Below are positions 36,693 through 45,596 of a stretch of 64,000 nt of DNA, piece after piece. Source of the stretch: Clostridiales bacterium (GTDB lineage: Bacteria; Bacillota; Clostridia; Christensenellales; Aristaeellaceae); contig SVGY01000014.1 in NCBI GenBank assembly GCA_015056145.1, positions 263 through 64,262 of the forward strand. Direction: 5' to 3'. Both the position numbers and the translations under genes were made by a program. Below the pieces are notes generated by a model that did no database searches, was not told the origin of the DNA, and was given only the letters and a program-made list of their open reading frames with translations. Numbering within the stretch: the stretch's first letter is position 1; each line of letters opens with the position of its first letter.

Positions 36693-37471
36693 GTCATCTC
36701 CCTGAGCCAGTCAACAGAACGGCGTAGCCCGGTAATGGTCTTGGTTTCCAGCACTACGGTAGATTCTGTTTCCCGAGCCAGTTCCAGCAGGGCGATTTTA
36801 TCCACAAGGCCTTCCCCCAGCGGCAGGTGACAGCCCTTTGGGGAGGCATCGTGAAGATGCATGTGAACAAGCCGGTCTTTTCGGGACAGAAGAAAGTCCC
36901 TGTCTGTATGTCCTGCCTCGAAATCGTGACCTGTATCATAGGTCAGGCAGAAAATAGGGCTTTGGAGCAGAAGGCGCAGCCCTTCCAGCTGGAAAGGCAG
37001 AAACCCGTTGGTGTTTTCGATGGCAATCTTGATTTTTCCAGAGGCGGGGGATTTTTCACAAAGGGCAATCACCCGTTCAAGACTGCGCAAATATACCGCC
37101 CGGTACCGCTCGTACAGAAATTCTCTCTTTCCGGGCAGAGTGAAATAAACGCCACGGCTCAGGTGGAGATTGATCAGCGGACATTCCAGTTCCTGGGCCA
37201 GCTGAAGCGTTTCCTCCAGCGTGCGCAGCCAGGCGTCGGCGATGTGTGGGTTAAAATCGCAGGGGTTGAAGTTTTCATCCAGATGAAGAGTGAAAAAGAG
37301 GCCCTGATCCCGGGTAAGCTTTTTCAGCGCAGAGAGGGGAAAAGTTTGGGGCTGGTAGTGGGGCAGATTCATGTTCAGCTCCACGAAGCTGAGGCCAAGC
37401 TCCTTGCAGAGTAAGGCGGATTCCTCCGGGGAAGGGGCTTCTATCAGGGTGGGCATGCCGAAGACGGGCAT
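36689..37471 (-). CDS. sugar phosphate isomerase/epimerase (xylose isomerase-like TIM barrel)
   Basis: 260 aa. Motifs FVELN, HLHD and LPLGEG are consistent with AP endonuclease 2 / TIM barrel family proteins. Confidence 0.72.
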   Translation of the reverse strand: MPVFGMPTLIEAPSPEESALLCKELGLSFVELNMNLPHYQPQTFPLSALKKLTRDQGLFFTLHLDENFNPCDFNPHIADAWLRTLEETLQLAQELECPLINLHLSRGVYFTLPGKREFLYERYRAVYLRSLERVIALCEKSPASGKIKIAIENTNGFLPFQLEGLRLLLQSPIFCLTYDTGHDFEAGHTDRDFLLSRKDRLVHMHLHDASPKGCHLPLGEGLVDKIALLELARETESTVVLETKTITGLRRSVDWLREMT

Positions 37472-37492
37472 GGGTCTGCCTCCTTTGTGGGG

Positions 37493-37861
37493 TTATTCCG
37501 CAATGGCAACGGCGGCGGCCATGCCATTTTCGTGGGTCAGGCTCAGGTGGACGGTTTGTCCGCCCATTTGGTGCAGCCTTTCGCAGGCGGCCCCGGTAAG
37601 GTGATACCGGGGAGCTCCGCCGGGGTCATGAAGGATCTCGATCTCCTGCAGGGTGATGCCTCCGCCAATGCCTGCGCTCACTGCTTTTAGAAAAGCCTCT
37701 TTGGCGGCAAACATGGCCGCTGCGCTCTGGGCGCCCATTTTGCCCCGGGAGGCAATGTAACTTTGTTCCTCCGGGGTATAGTACCGCTGGAGAAAAGCGG
37801 GGGAGGAAATGGCAGTTTCGATGCGTGCCACTTCACACAGATCAAGCCCTATGCCGATCAT
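37493..37861 (-). CDS. acpS: holo-[acyl-carrier-protein] synthase
   Basis: Trimmed to MIGIGLDLCEVARIE. The C-terminus has the SLTHE motif. The start overlaps the stop of the upstream gene. Confidence 0.85.
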   Translation of the reverse strand: MIGIGLDLCEVARIETAISSPAFLQRYYTPEEQSYIASRGKMGAQSAAAMFAAKEAFLKAVSAGIGGGITLQEIEILHDPGGAPRYHLTGAACERLHQMGGQTVHLSLTHENGMAAAVAIAE

Positions 37862-38811
37862 GGATGATCCACCGCCCATACTGCGTTCTGGATGGCACGG
37901 GCCGTGACCTCCGCAGCGGCAGCGCAAAGCTGGATGGGATTCACATCGGCATCCACCCGGCAGGTTGCAAGGCCGAAAATGGTGTCACCGTCCATCTGGG
38001 TATGCACGGGGCGAATGGTACGGGCAAAGCCGTCGTGGGCGCAGGTGGCAAGCCGCTGGGCCTGTGCTTTGGTAAGAATGGCATCGGTGGCGACAACGGC
38101 AATGGTGGTGTTCTGGCCGCTGATTCTGGGGGCATCGGCCGCAGGGGCGCTGCCATAAAGCAGACTGTCGCAGAGGATGGGTTTGCCGTCGGGCAGGCGG
38201 CCGGAGGCCAGAGGACGGTCGGAGTTGGCTTCGTACACATCGCCGCAGGCGTTTACGGCAACAATGGCCCCCACGGTTACGCCGCAGGGCAGCGTGAGGC
38301 TGGCGGTACCGATGCCGCTCTGGCTGGGAATGGCTCCGGGCAGAAGTTTTCCGACCGTGGCTCCGCAGCCGGCGCCAACGGTGCCCTGGGCAACTTCTTT
38401 TCCGGCGGCCAGGCAGGCTGCATATCCCATTTCCTTGTCGGGACGGACAAGACCATCGCCATTTTTCAGATCAAAAATAACGGCGGCAGGCACAATGGGT
38501 ACATGGCACACGCCCATATCCACACCCAGGCCCTGTTCTTCACAAAACTGCATGACGCCGGCAGCGGCATCAAGTCCGAAGGCGCTTCCGCCGGAAAGGA
38601 GTACGGCGTTGGCACGTTCCACCGTGTTTTCCGGGCGGCACAGGTCGGTTTCCCGGGTGCCGGGGGCTGCGCCCCGTACATCGGCGCCCACCACGGCACC
38701 TTCGTGGCTGCAAAGCACAACGGTGCAGCCGGTTTTGGCGGCTTCATTCTGTGCGTGGCCCACACGGATGCCATGCACACGGGTAATGCTTCCATCAAAA
38801 AGCTGTTTCAT
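37858..38811 (-). CDS. P1 family peptidase (DmpA/S58 aminopeptidase-like)
   Basis: 317 aa. Motifs GIRVGHAQ, TGCTVVL and the NTTIAVVATDA self-processing context. Confidence 0.8.
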   Translation of the reverse strand: MKQLFDGSITRVHGIRVGHAQNEAAKTGCTVVLCSHEGAVVGADVRGAAPGTRETDLCRPENTVERANAVLLSGGSAFGLDAAAGVMQFCEEQGLGVDMGVCHVPIVPAAVIFDLKNGDGLVRPDKEMGYAACLAAGKEVAQGTVGAGCGATVGKLLPGAIPSQSGIGTASLTLPCGVTVGAIVAVNACGDVYEANSDRPLASGRLPDGKPILCDSLLYGSAPAADAPRISGQNTTIAVVATDAILTKAQAQRLATCAHDGFARTIRPVHTQMDGDTIFGLATCRVDADVNPIQLCAAAAEVTARAIQNAVWAVDHP

Positions 38812-38848
38812 ACTGTAACCTCCTTACAGGGTTGAAAGTGAGTGCTAG

Positions 38849-39676
38849 TCAGATATAGCCCATCAGGCCCCGGACGGATACATCGCCGCTGAGCACCCGG
38901 CGAAGGGAGCCGCTTTCATCACGGACCAGCAATGCGCCGGTTTCGTCCATGGCCTCGGCAGTGCCGGTGAAATTTTCTTCCCGGCCAATGACGTTTACAC
39001 GCCGTTTGAGCGTGGCAGAGCGTTCTGCACAGGCGGCAAGGAGCAGGGCAGGATCACGGGAAAGCATATCCATGCTGGCTTCCATGCTTTCGAGGAAGGC
39101 GGCAAGGAGAGGAAGGGGAGAAGGCGTGATAGCGCTGCCGGATTCCGGCATCGCCATAACAAGAGATGTGGCAGTTCTGGCGATTTCTTCGGGGAAAGAA
39201 TGCTGCGCCACGTTGATGCCAACGCCCATTACCACGCAGGGATTGCCCGCAGGGTCGTATACAAGCTCGCTGAGGATGCCGGTGCACTTTTTGCCTTCAA
39301 GGACGATGTCGTTGGGCCATTTGATCAGCGGTTCCAGCGGCGGACAGAGCTGCCGTACGGCGTCGCATACCGCAAGGGCAGCGGCAAAGGTGCAGAGGGG
39401 AAAATGCTCCGGAGCGATAGAAGGCTTCAGCAGCAAGGAGAAGGTCAGCGTTTCGCCAGCGGCGGAGAGCCAGCTGCGCTGAAGCCGTCCCCGCCCTGCG
39501 GTTTGGCTGTGGCAGATGCAGAGACTGCCTTCGGGCGCACCCTGCTTCGCCAGTTCTTTCAGGCGGCTGTTGGTGGAGGGAAGCTGTTCGTGGTAATCCA
39601 ACAGACCCTTTCCGGCCCAGCCTGTGGGAAGACCGCAGGCCCACTGTTCCGGAGTGATACGGTCAAACAGGCTCAT
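38849..39676 (-). CDS. birA: biotin--[acetyl-CoA-carboxylase] ligase (no N-terminal HTH)
   Basis: Trimmed to MSLFDR at 39676 (ATGA overlap with queH). Signature QTAGRGRLQRSW. Confidence 0.85.
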   Translation of the reverse strand: MSLFDRITPEQWACGLPTGWAGKGLLDYHEQLPSTNSRLKELAKQGAPEGSLCICHSQTAGRGRLQRSWLSAAGETLTFSLLLKPSIAPEHFPLCTFAAALAVCDAVRQLCPPLEPLIKWPNDIVLEGKKCTGILSELVYDPAGNPCVVMGVGINVAQHSFPEEIARTATSLVMAMPESGSAITPSPLPLLAAFLESMEASMDMLSRDPALLLAACAERSATLKRRVNVIGREENFTGTAEAMDETGALLVRDESGSLRRVLSGDVSVRGLMGYI

Positions 39677-40236
39677 GAATTGGCCTCCGTGCATTTTTTT
39701 GCTTTTTTGCGTTTGCGGTAGCGGTCTTCTTCGCTGAAAACGCATCCGCAGTATTTCTGCATATACATTTCAAGCTCCCGGGCCTTTTGCTGGCCTTCCC
39801 GGAAATAAGGCCGGAAGTCCCGGTAGAGAAGCTCCACGCCGTGGGCTTTGGCACGTTCCTCTGCCACCTGCCTGAGCAGCTCGTGGTTTTGATAGGGACT
39901 GATAAACAGCGTGGTGCAGATATGGGTGAAGCCGTTGGCGGCGGCGTACTCTGCCGCTGCATCCATGCGGTGCCAATAGCATTTTACGCAGCGTCCGTCA
40001 ATGTCCTCAGCCACCGCCTGTACAAAGGGCCTGAGGCCGTATTCGCCGTGATCCACCAGCGCAAGGCCGATGCTCTTGGCATAGTCCACAAGGCAGTTTT
40101 TCCGGCTGCGATACTCAGTATAGGGATGGATATTCAGGTTGTCCCAGAAACCTACCGGTTCAATGCCCTCTCCCCTCAGGGTTTCGATGCACATAACGGA
40201 GCAGGGAGCACAGCAGATATGCAAAAGAAGCTTCAT
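39673..40236 (-). CDS. queH: epoxyqueuosine reductase QueH
   Basis: N-terminus LLLHICCAPCS and conserved Cys pattern of the DUF208/QueH family. Confidence 0.85.
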   Translation of the reverse strand: MKLLLHICCAPCSVMCIETLRGEGIEPVGFWDNLNIHPYTEYRSRKNCLVDYAKSIGLALVDHGEYGLRPFVQAVAEDIDGRCVKCYWHRMDAAAEYAAANGFTHICTTLFISPYQNHELLRQVAEERAKAHGVELLYRDFRPYFREGQQKARELEMYMQKYCGCVFSEEDRYRKRKKAKKCTEANS

Positions 40237-40325
40237 GGCCTGACCTCCAAAGTGTTTGTGTATACATCATATCACATTCCTCTGCTACATAGAAAGAAGA
40301 ATTTGTTTTCATTACGGAAAGAATG

Positions 40326-40359
40326 TGGTATAATCAAATTCAGGAATATTTTCCTGAAT
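40326..40359 (+). promoter_or_regulatory. extended -10 promoter plus perfect 9-4-9 inverted repeat (candidate operator) upstream of rubrerythrin
   Basis: TGGTATAAT at 40326-40334. ATTCAGGAA (40338-40346), TATT, then TTCCTGAAT (40351-40359), which overlaps the expected transcription start. Confidence 0.5.
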
Positions 40360-40462
40360 GATGCAAAAAGAAGATACCTTCCCCTCCGATGCATGGAATA
40401 CATATCTGACAGGGAAAAGTATCTGAGGAACGTCTATATTACCAACAAGGAGGAAACAAATT

Positions 40463-41005
40463 ATGAAACCTTTGAAGGGAACCAAAACGGAAGCCAACCT
40501 GATGTCCGCCTTTGCCGGTGAGAGCCAGGCACGCAACAAGTACACCTACTACGCCTCCAAAGCCCGCAAGGAAGGGTATGTGCAGATTGCCAACCTGTTT
40601 GAGGAAACCGCCAACAACGAAAAAGAGCACGCCAAAATCTGGTTCAAGCTGCTCCATGACGGCGATATCCCCACCACCGCCGTGAACCTTGAGGATGCTG
40701 CCGACGGCGAAAACTACGAGTGGACCGATATGTACGCCGGCATGGCCAAGGATGCCTGGGAAGAGGGCTTTGACGAGATCGCCGCTCTGTTTGAGGCTGT
40801 GGCAAAGATCGAAAAGAACCACGAAGAGCGCTACCGCAAGCTGCTCAAAAATGTGCAGGAAGGCATCGTGTTCAGCCGTGATGGCGACATGATCTGGGAA
40901 TGCTCCAACTGCGGCCACATCGTGATTGGCAAGAAAGCCCCCATGCTGTGCCCTGTGTGCAAGCATCCGCAGGCATACTTCATGATTAAGGCCCAGAACT
41001 ATTGA
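40463..41005 (+). CDS. rbr: rubrerythrin
   Basis: Diiron ferritin-like EX2H motifs ([15 protein letters not shown]) and a C-terminal rubredoxin-like CSNCG ... CPVC. Confidence 0.92.
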   Translation: MKPLKGTKTEANLMSAFAGESQARNKYTYYASKARKEGYVQIANLFEETANNEKEHAKIWFKLLHDGDIPTTAVNLEDAADGENYEWTDMYAGMAKDAWEEGFDEIAALFEAVAKIEKNHEERYRKLLKNVQEGIVFSRDGDMIWECSNCGHIVIGKKAPMLCPVCKHPQAYFMIKAQNY

Positions 41006-41018
41006 TCTGATGAAATCG

Positions 41019-41067
41019 GCCGTCGGGGCAGCAGGGGGATAACAGGCCCCTGCCATGCCCCGGCGGC
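41019..41067 (+). terminator. GC-rich imperfect hairpin downstream of rbr, without a T-tract
   Basis: GCCGTCGGGGCAGCAGGGGG / CCCCTGCCATGCCCCGGCGGC. Its function as a terminator is uncertain. Confidence 0.35.
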
Positions 41068-41101
41068 TGTTGCATATCGTGGAAATGCGGAGGATGAAAA
41101 G

Positions 41102-42805
41102 GTGCGGGTTGCGCTTATCAATGTAACGGCTTCCGGTGGAACGGGCAAATTCTGCGTGGAGCTGAGCAGGCAGACCATGGAAAGGGGCCATACGGTCCTG
41201 TTTTGTCATGCCCGAAGCCACTGCCCGGGGGATGTGCCGTCCTGCCGGGTGTGCTGGTACAGCGGCGCTTTTGCATTTGTGAAAAGGATTCTCGGCAGCG
41301 GATGGAAGTATATTTCCCGTTTTTTTGGCAGCCTGTGGCGCTATGCCGGGCTGAAATTCGGAAAAACCGGCAGAAAAAAAGCTGCGGAGAAAGGCGAGGC
41401 GGATCTGAAAAACGCCGTTCTTCCCCGCACAGAAGCCCTCCGCAGTGATCTCCCATCCCGGAAACGTCGTGGACGATCGGGCAGGCTGCCTGGCGGCCTG
41501 CGGGTACGGAGCCGTCACAAGCCGGATATAAGAACCCGGATCCAGGACGCAAAAAGAGGGATGGACAAAGGAAAAGTGAAGATGAAGCGGGCCATCCATC
41601 CCCGGACGGAGTTTTTCCGCAGCAATATTAACACTTACACTCATGGGGTCAGGGCAAGGCTTACGGACAGGCAGGGTTTTTTCAGCAAGCAGGCCACCCG
41701 GCGGCTGGTGGAACAGCTCAGAAGTTTTCAGCCCGATGTGATTCATCTGAATAATCTTCACGGATATTATCTGCATATGCCTACACTTTTTTTGTACCTG
41801 CGGGAGGAACAGATACCCGTGGTGTGGACGTTGCATGACCTGTGGGCGGTGACCGGGCACTGCGCCTTCCCCTCTACTGCTGTGGAACCCTTCCTGACGG
41901 ATGCCCAGGAGCAGATGTACCTCAGCTGCGCCGGCGACGCCGCCCGGGAGGCCGAGGTGGATAAGCAGATTTGCCGGGAAGGTTGCCTGCGCTGGCAAAC
42001 CGGCTGCGGGCACTGCGTCATGAAAGGGGAATATCCCAGAAGCTGGTTCCGGGATCAGAGCGCACGGAACTGGCGTGAAAAGCGGGCGCTGTTTTCCGGG
42101 CATCCCTATATGGTGCTTACGGTTCCCTCCCGGTGGATGGAGCAGCAGGTAAGGAAATCTTTTCTTTCCGGATATCCGCTGCACTATATGCCCCACGGGC
42201 TGGATATGAACGCCTACCGGCCCTGCGTGAATGTGGACGAACGCATTGCGCTTCTCAAACGGCTGAAATTGTGGGAAATGCGCTCCAAATATCTGCTGGT
42301 GAGCGTGGCCAGCCTCTGGGAAAGCAGGAAGGGGCTGGAGGATCTGATGGATCTGAAGGAACTCCTGGGAGAAGATTACTGCGTGGTGGCTGTCGGCCTT
42401 GACGAGGATCAGCGGGCAGCCATTCCGGACGGCTCCGTCATTGCCCTGGAGGAAATGGGCAACAGGGCGGACCTGTGCGCCCTGTACACGGCGGCGGACC
42501 TGTTTGTGAGCCTGAGCCGGGCGGAAAGCATGGGTATGCGGCCGCTTCAGGCCATGGCCTGCGGCACGCAGGTGCTCTGCTGGGATGCGACCGCCATGCC
42601 GGAGCTGATTACCAATGACGTTGGCCTGACGGCGGAGCTGGGCAACCTGCAGGACGCTGCGGACAAGGTGCGCTGGTTGTGCGAAAACCCGGCTTCTCCG
42701 GAAGATTGCCGCAGAAGGGCCATGGAATATGAAGCCGGACACAGAAACCGGCAGTTTGTGTACCTTTACGAGGGGATGCATGAAAACGGCCCTGCCGCAT
42801 CCTGA
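41102..42805 (+). CDS. glycosyltransferase (GT4-like) with a ~125-aa Arg/Lys-rich insertion
   Basis: GTG start with a GGAGGA SD. N-terminus VALINVTASGGTGKF. Core motifs PDVIHLNNLHGYY and WTLHDLWAVTGHCAF. The C-terminal half is GT-B-like. Confidence 0.78.
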   Translation: MRVALINVTASGGTGKFCVELSRQTMERGHTVLFCHARSHCPGDVPSCRVCWYSGAFAFVKRILGSGWKYISRFFGSLWRYAGLKFGKTGRKKAAEKGEADLKNAVLPRTEALRSDLPSRKRRGRSGRLPGGLRVRSRHKPDIRTRIQDAKRGMDKGKVKMKRAIHPRTEFFRSNINTYTHGVRARLTDRQGFFSKQATRRLVEQLRSFQPDVIHLNNLHGYYLHMPTLFLYLREEQIPVVWTLHDLWAVTGHCAFPSTAVEPFLTDAQEQMYLSCAGDAAREAEVDKQICREGCLRWQTGCGHCVMKGEYPRSWFRDQSARNWREKRALFSGHPYMVLTVPSRWMEQQVRKSFLSGYPLHYMPHGLDMNAYRPCVNVDERIALLKRLKLWEMRSKYLLVSVASLWESRKGLEDLMDLKELLGEDYCVVAVGLDEDQRAAIPDGSVIALEEMGNRADLCALYTAADLFVSLSRAESMGMRPLQAMACGTQVLCWDATAMPELITNDVGLTAELGNLQDAADKVRWLCENPASPEDCRRRAMEYEAGHRNRQFVYLYEGMHENGPAAS

Positions 42806-42848
42806 TTGGGCCATCAGGAAATATGTTTTGGAAAGGAGAGCGCATTTC

Positions 42849-44900
42849 ATGAAAAAACTGAAATGGCTTTGCCTCATTCTGGCGCTGATGATGTGCCTTT
42901 CCGGCTGTGAGAAACTGAACATTCAGGGGCAGCAGACCGCTACGGCACCCTCGCTGCAGCTTCTGAACATGCCGCCCTATGAGGATGAGGAGGCAGCCTC
43001 TGTGGGCTCTGCCGACGAAGAGGGCAATATGCTGGTGGATCTCTGGATGGATGGCTCGCAGCTTATGGGCGGCATCAACGAGGATCCCACCAGCCTCTAT
43101 CCCCAGACAGGACTTCGTTACCGTCAGGGCGGTTTTCATTACCGGCTTGGCGGAGAGGTGGGCTGGTATGAGGATGTGCTGGGCTGCTTTTTGGAAGCGG
43201 CGGGCGATTCCCGTGTGCGGGTGCTGCGTACCGGCAACGAGCGCATCCCGGACAGTCTGATCACCAGCTATGGCTTCACTGGCACCGAGGAGGAAATGCG
43301 CTCCTATCGGCGGGATCTGATGACCTATGCCATCGATCCCATGCCCAGCATATTTTCCGGGTTTTCTTCGGAAAGTATGGAAAACAGCTTTTATTCCCTG
43401 GGCACGCCCCAGATGAACCAGATGGCCCGCTTTATGGGAAATGGCGGCGCAGATTTGGAAAACCCCGGTAGAACAGAAGAAATGAACGCCCTGCTTACGG
43501 AGTTTGTGGAGGGCTTCCATCAGAAGAACGTACCGCCCCCTGCACAATGGCATGCGGTGGGCAACGACCAGGACAGCCCGCTTTTGTACGCCCTCAGGAA
43601 TCTGGATGTTACAAGGCTTTCTGTTGTTACCTGCGACCCTGCCACCCTCCGCAGGCTTCAGGGCACCCGGGTGGATGGTTCGCCGGTATACTATGTGGAA
43701 GAAATCCTGCGGGAAAGAAAGGCCTTTGATAACGGCATGAGCGTGGGGTTGTATGCTATGCAGCTGGACTATATGGGTCATATGGTCAGTTTCGGTCCGG
43801 CGGATTTTTCGGATTCCCTGATCTGGGGCAAACCGGACTATAACAGCAACACACGGAAAATCAACGGCGTTTTGCCGATGCCCCGGACACTGCTGGTGCT
43901 TGTTATCGGCAGGCCGGAGCAGGTGGAAAGTTATACCGCCGCCCTGAACGCCCAGCTGAATGGAAACCGCAGCCTTTCACAGATGCGTGGCCCGGACGAC
44001 GGCCAGCTCACCTATACTGCCAACAGCCAGACGGTGGTGCAGCAGCCCTTCTATTTTGAATATGAATATACCGGGGTAAAACGCCCGTCGCTGGGATACT
44101 ACACCCATCATACCGCTGGCGCAAAGCTGGAAACCCGCAGCGGCCTTGCCTCCCAGCAGAAGGATGGCCTTGAAATGCTTACCCTTGGCGGAAATGTGGA
44201 CGAAACGCTGGTCTATTCCTGGCCTGCAGAGCAGCTTCCGGACGGCCTGCAGCTGGATCTTTCCACCCTGTCCGGCGCAAGGGTTGAGGTGATTGATTCC
44301 CTGCTGCTTACGCAGATCGTGCCCAACGGCCCGGAAGCCGCTATGGGGGAAAACACGCAGGTGCTCACCCTGCGGGATAAACTGTATTGCTTTGAAAGGG
44401 TGGAATCACCTTTTGAGGGCAAAGAGAAGCAATGCCCCTTTCAACTGGAATCCATCGCCTGGAGCGAGGATGGTTCCCGGCTGGAGGTTCGGGTGAAGGT
44501 GGATCACACCCTGCTGAAAAGCGGGTATTACCGGCTTAAACTGGTGGCGGACGTGACCGGCGAACAGCTGGAATGGCCACTGGTCAGCTGGGCGCAGGAC
44601 GGTACCGGCCTCAGTGTGGAAATATCCAACAGCGAGGTCATTGCATGGGAAAACCTGATGCAGACCCTGACCCGTTACGGTCGTTCCCGCAACTCTATCC
44701 CCACTACTTTCCGGCATGCCTGGGGCAGCTATACGGGCAAGGATTATCAGGGCGTGGAAGTGCCCGATTTTCCGCAGGTGTACAAGGCCCCTGGACTTCA
44801 GCGGCTTTTGGAGCAGATCCGCTCGGCAGCCAACCTGGAAACCGCCCCGCTGATCCGTTGTACCTTTGATGTATTTGTGCCGGAGATCATTGCGCCCTGA
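42849..44900 (+). CDS. lipoprotein of unknown function, first gene of the tubulin-like/actin-like operon
   Basis: ORF 42729..44900 trimmed to ATG 42849 (GGAGAG SD). Signal peptide MKKLKWLCLILALMMCLSGC with lipobox LSGC (Cys codon 42906-42908). Confidence 0.8.
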   Translation: MKKLKWLCLILALMMCLSGCEKLNIQGQQTATAPSLQLLNMPPYEDEEAASVGSADEEGNMLVDLWMDGSQLMGGINEDPTSLYPQTGLRYRQGGFHYRLGGEVGWYEDVLGCFLEAAGDSRVRVLRTGNERIPDSLITSYGFTGTEEEMRSYRRDLMTYAIDPMPSIFSGFSSESMENSFYSLGTPQMNQMARFMGNGGADLENPGRTEEMNALLTEFVEGFHQKNVPPPAQWHAVGNDQDSPLLYALRNLDVTRLSVVTCDPATLRRLQGTRVDGSPVYYVEEILRERKAFDNGMSVGLYAMQLDYMGHMVSFGPADFSDSLIWGKPDYNSNTRKINGVLPMPRTLLVLVIGRPEQVESYTAALNAQLNGNRSLSQMRGPDDGQLTYTANSQTVVQQPFYFEYEYTGVKRPSLGYYTHHTAGAKLETRSGLASQQKDGLEMLTLGGNVDETLVYSWPAEQLPDGLQLDLSTLSGARVEVIDSLLLTQIVPNGPEAAMGENTQVLTLRDKLYCFERVESPFEGKEKQCPFQLESIAWSEDGSRLEVRVKVDHTLLKSGYYRLKLVADVTGEQLEWPLVSWAQDGTGLSVEISNSEVIAWENLMQTLTRYGRSRNSIPTTFRHAWGSYTGKDYQGVEVPDFPQVYKAPGLQRLLEQIRSAANLETAPLIRCTFDVFVPEIIAP

Positions 44901-44924
44901 CGAAACCGCCAAGGAGATGAAAGG

Positions 44925-45581
44925 ATGCAGACCGCTGTAATCACCCCCACGAAGAAGAAAAAGCGTACCCGCATGAGGTACTCCAACCGCTTCAAGGTGC
45001 TTTTGTGCTACCTGGTCAGCTTTGCGTTGCCGCCCCTCTGGCAGTTGGGCAGCCTTTTGCTGATCTATCCCTACCAGCTGAAAAACAGCGCACCGCTGAT
45101 CGCAGAAAATCTGTCTGGCGTTTTTCCTTTTCTGAAAAATATGCTGGAACCATATGTACAGCGGGCTGCTGAACCGGCTGGCGGCCAGTTTTCCGCAGAA
45201 ATGTGGAACCAGGTGCAGCAAAGCAGGGAGAAACAATGGATGCTGTTTTTGCTGGTTCTTTTTGCAGCAGGCTTTGTGCTTACGCTGCTTTTGCAGCTGA
45301 TATGGCGCTGGAGTCATACCCGGGGACTGCAGGGCGCAAAGGCAGTAAATCGTGCCGTGGCCCATTACCGGCTGAGCATGCTGGTGATCCTCCTCATCAA
45401 CGCTGCGCTGGCGGTGGCGGTGTGGCTTTTGGGCGTGCAGTTCATTGCTGGCCGGGGGCTTTGGGATTATCTGACCTATTTCGGCGCTTATGGGCTCAAT
45501 GTTATCGCTGCATTTGTCTGCTTCCGGCTGGCAGCTCCGCCGGCGATCAGCGGCAAAAAGGCGTTCTTTAAACGATTGTAA
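44925..45581 (+). CDS. predicted 4-TM membrane protein of unknown function
   Basis: AAGGAG SD 8 nt upstream. Basic N-terminus (KKKKRTRMR) followed by four hydrophobic segments. Confidence 0.7.
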   Translation: MQTAVITPTKKKKRTRMRYSNRFKVLLCYLVSFALPPLWQLGSLLLIYPYQLKNSAPLIAENLSGVFPFLKNMLEPYVQRAAEPAGGQFSAEMWNQVQQSREKQWMLFLLVLFAAGFVLTLLLQLIWRWSHTRGLQGAKAVNRAVAHYRLSMLVILLINAALAVAVWLLGVQFIAGRGLWDYLTYFGAYGLNVIAAFVCFRLAAPPAISGKKAFFKRL

Positions 45582-45596
45582 GAAGGGAGGGCTTCC

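Noticed and set aside
37825-38835. 336-aa plus-strand ORF
   Set aside because: It is antisense to the P1 peptidase gene. The translation is Gly/Ala-rich and low-complexity.
40439-42922. 827-aa minus-strand ORF
   Set aside because: It is antisense to the rubrerythrin and glycosyltransferase genes, both of which have clear family signatures. It is a shadow ORF.
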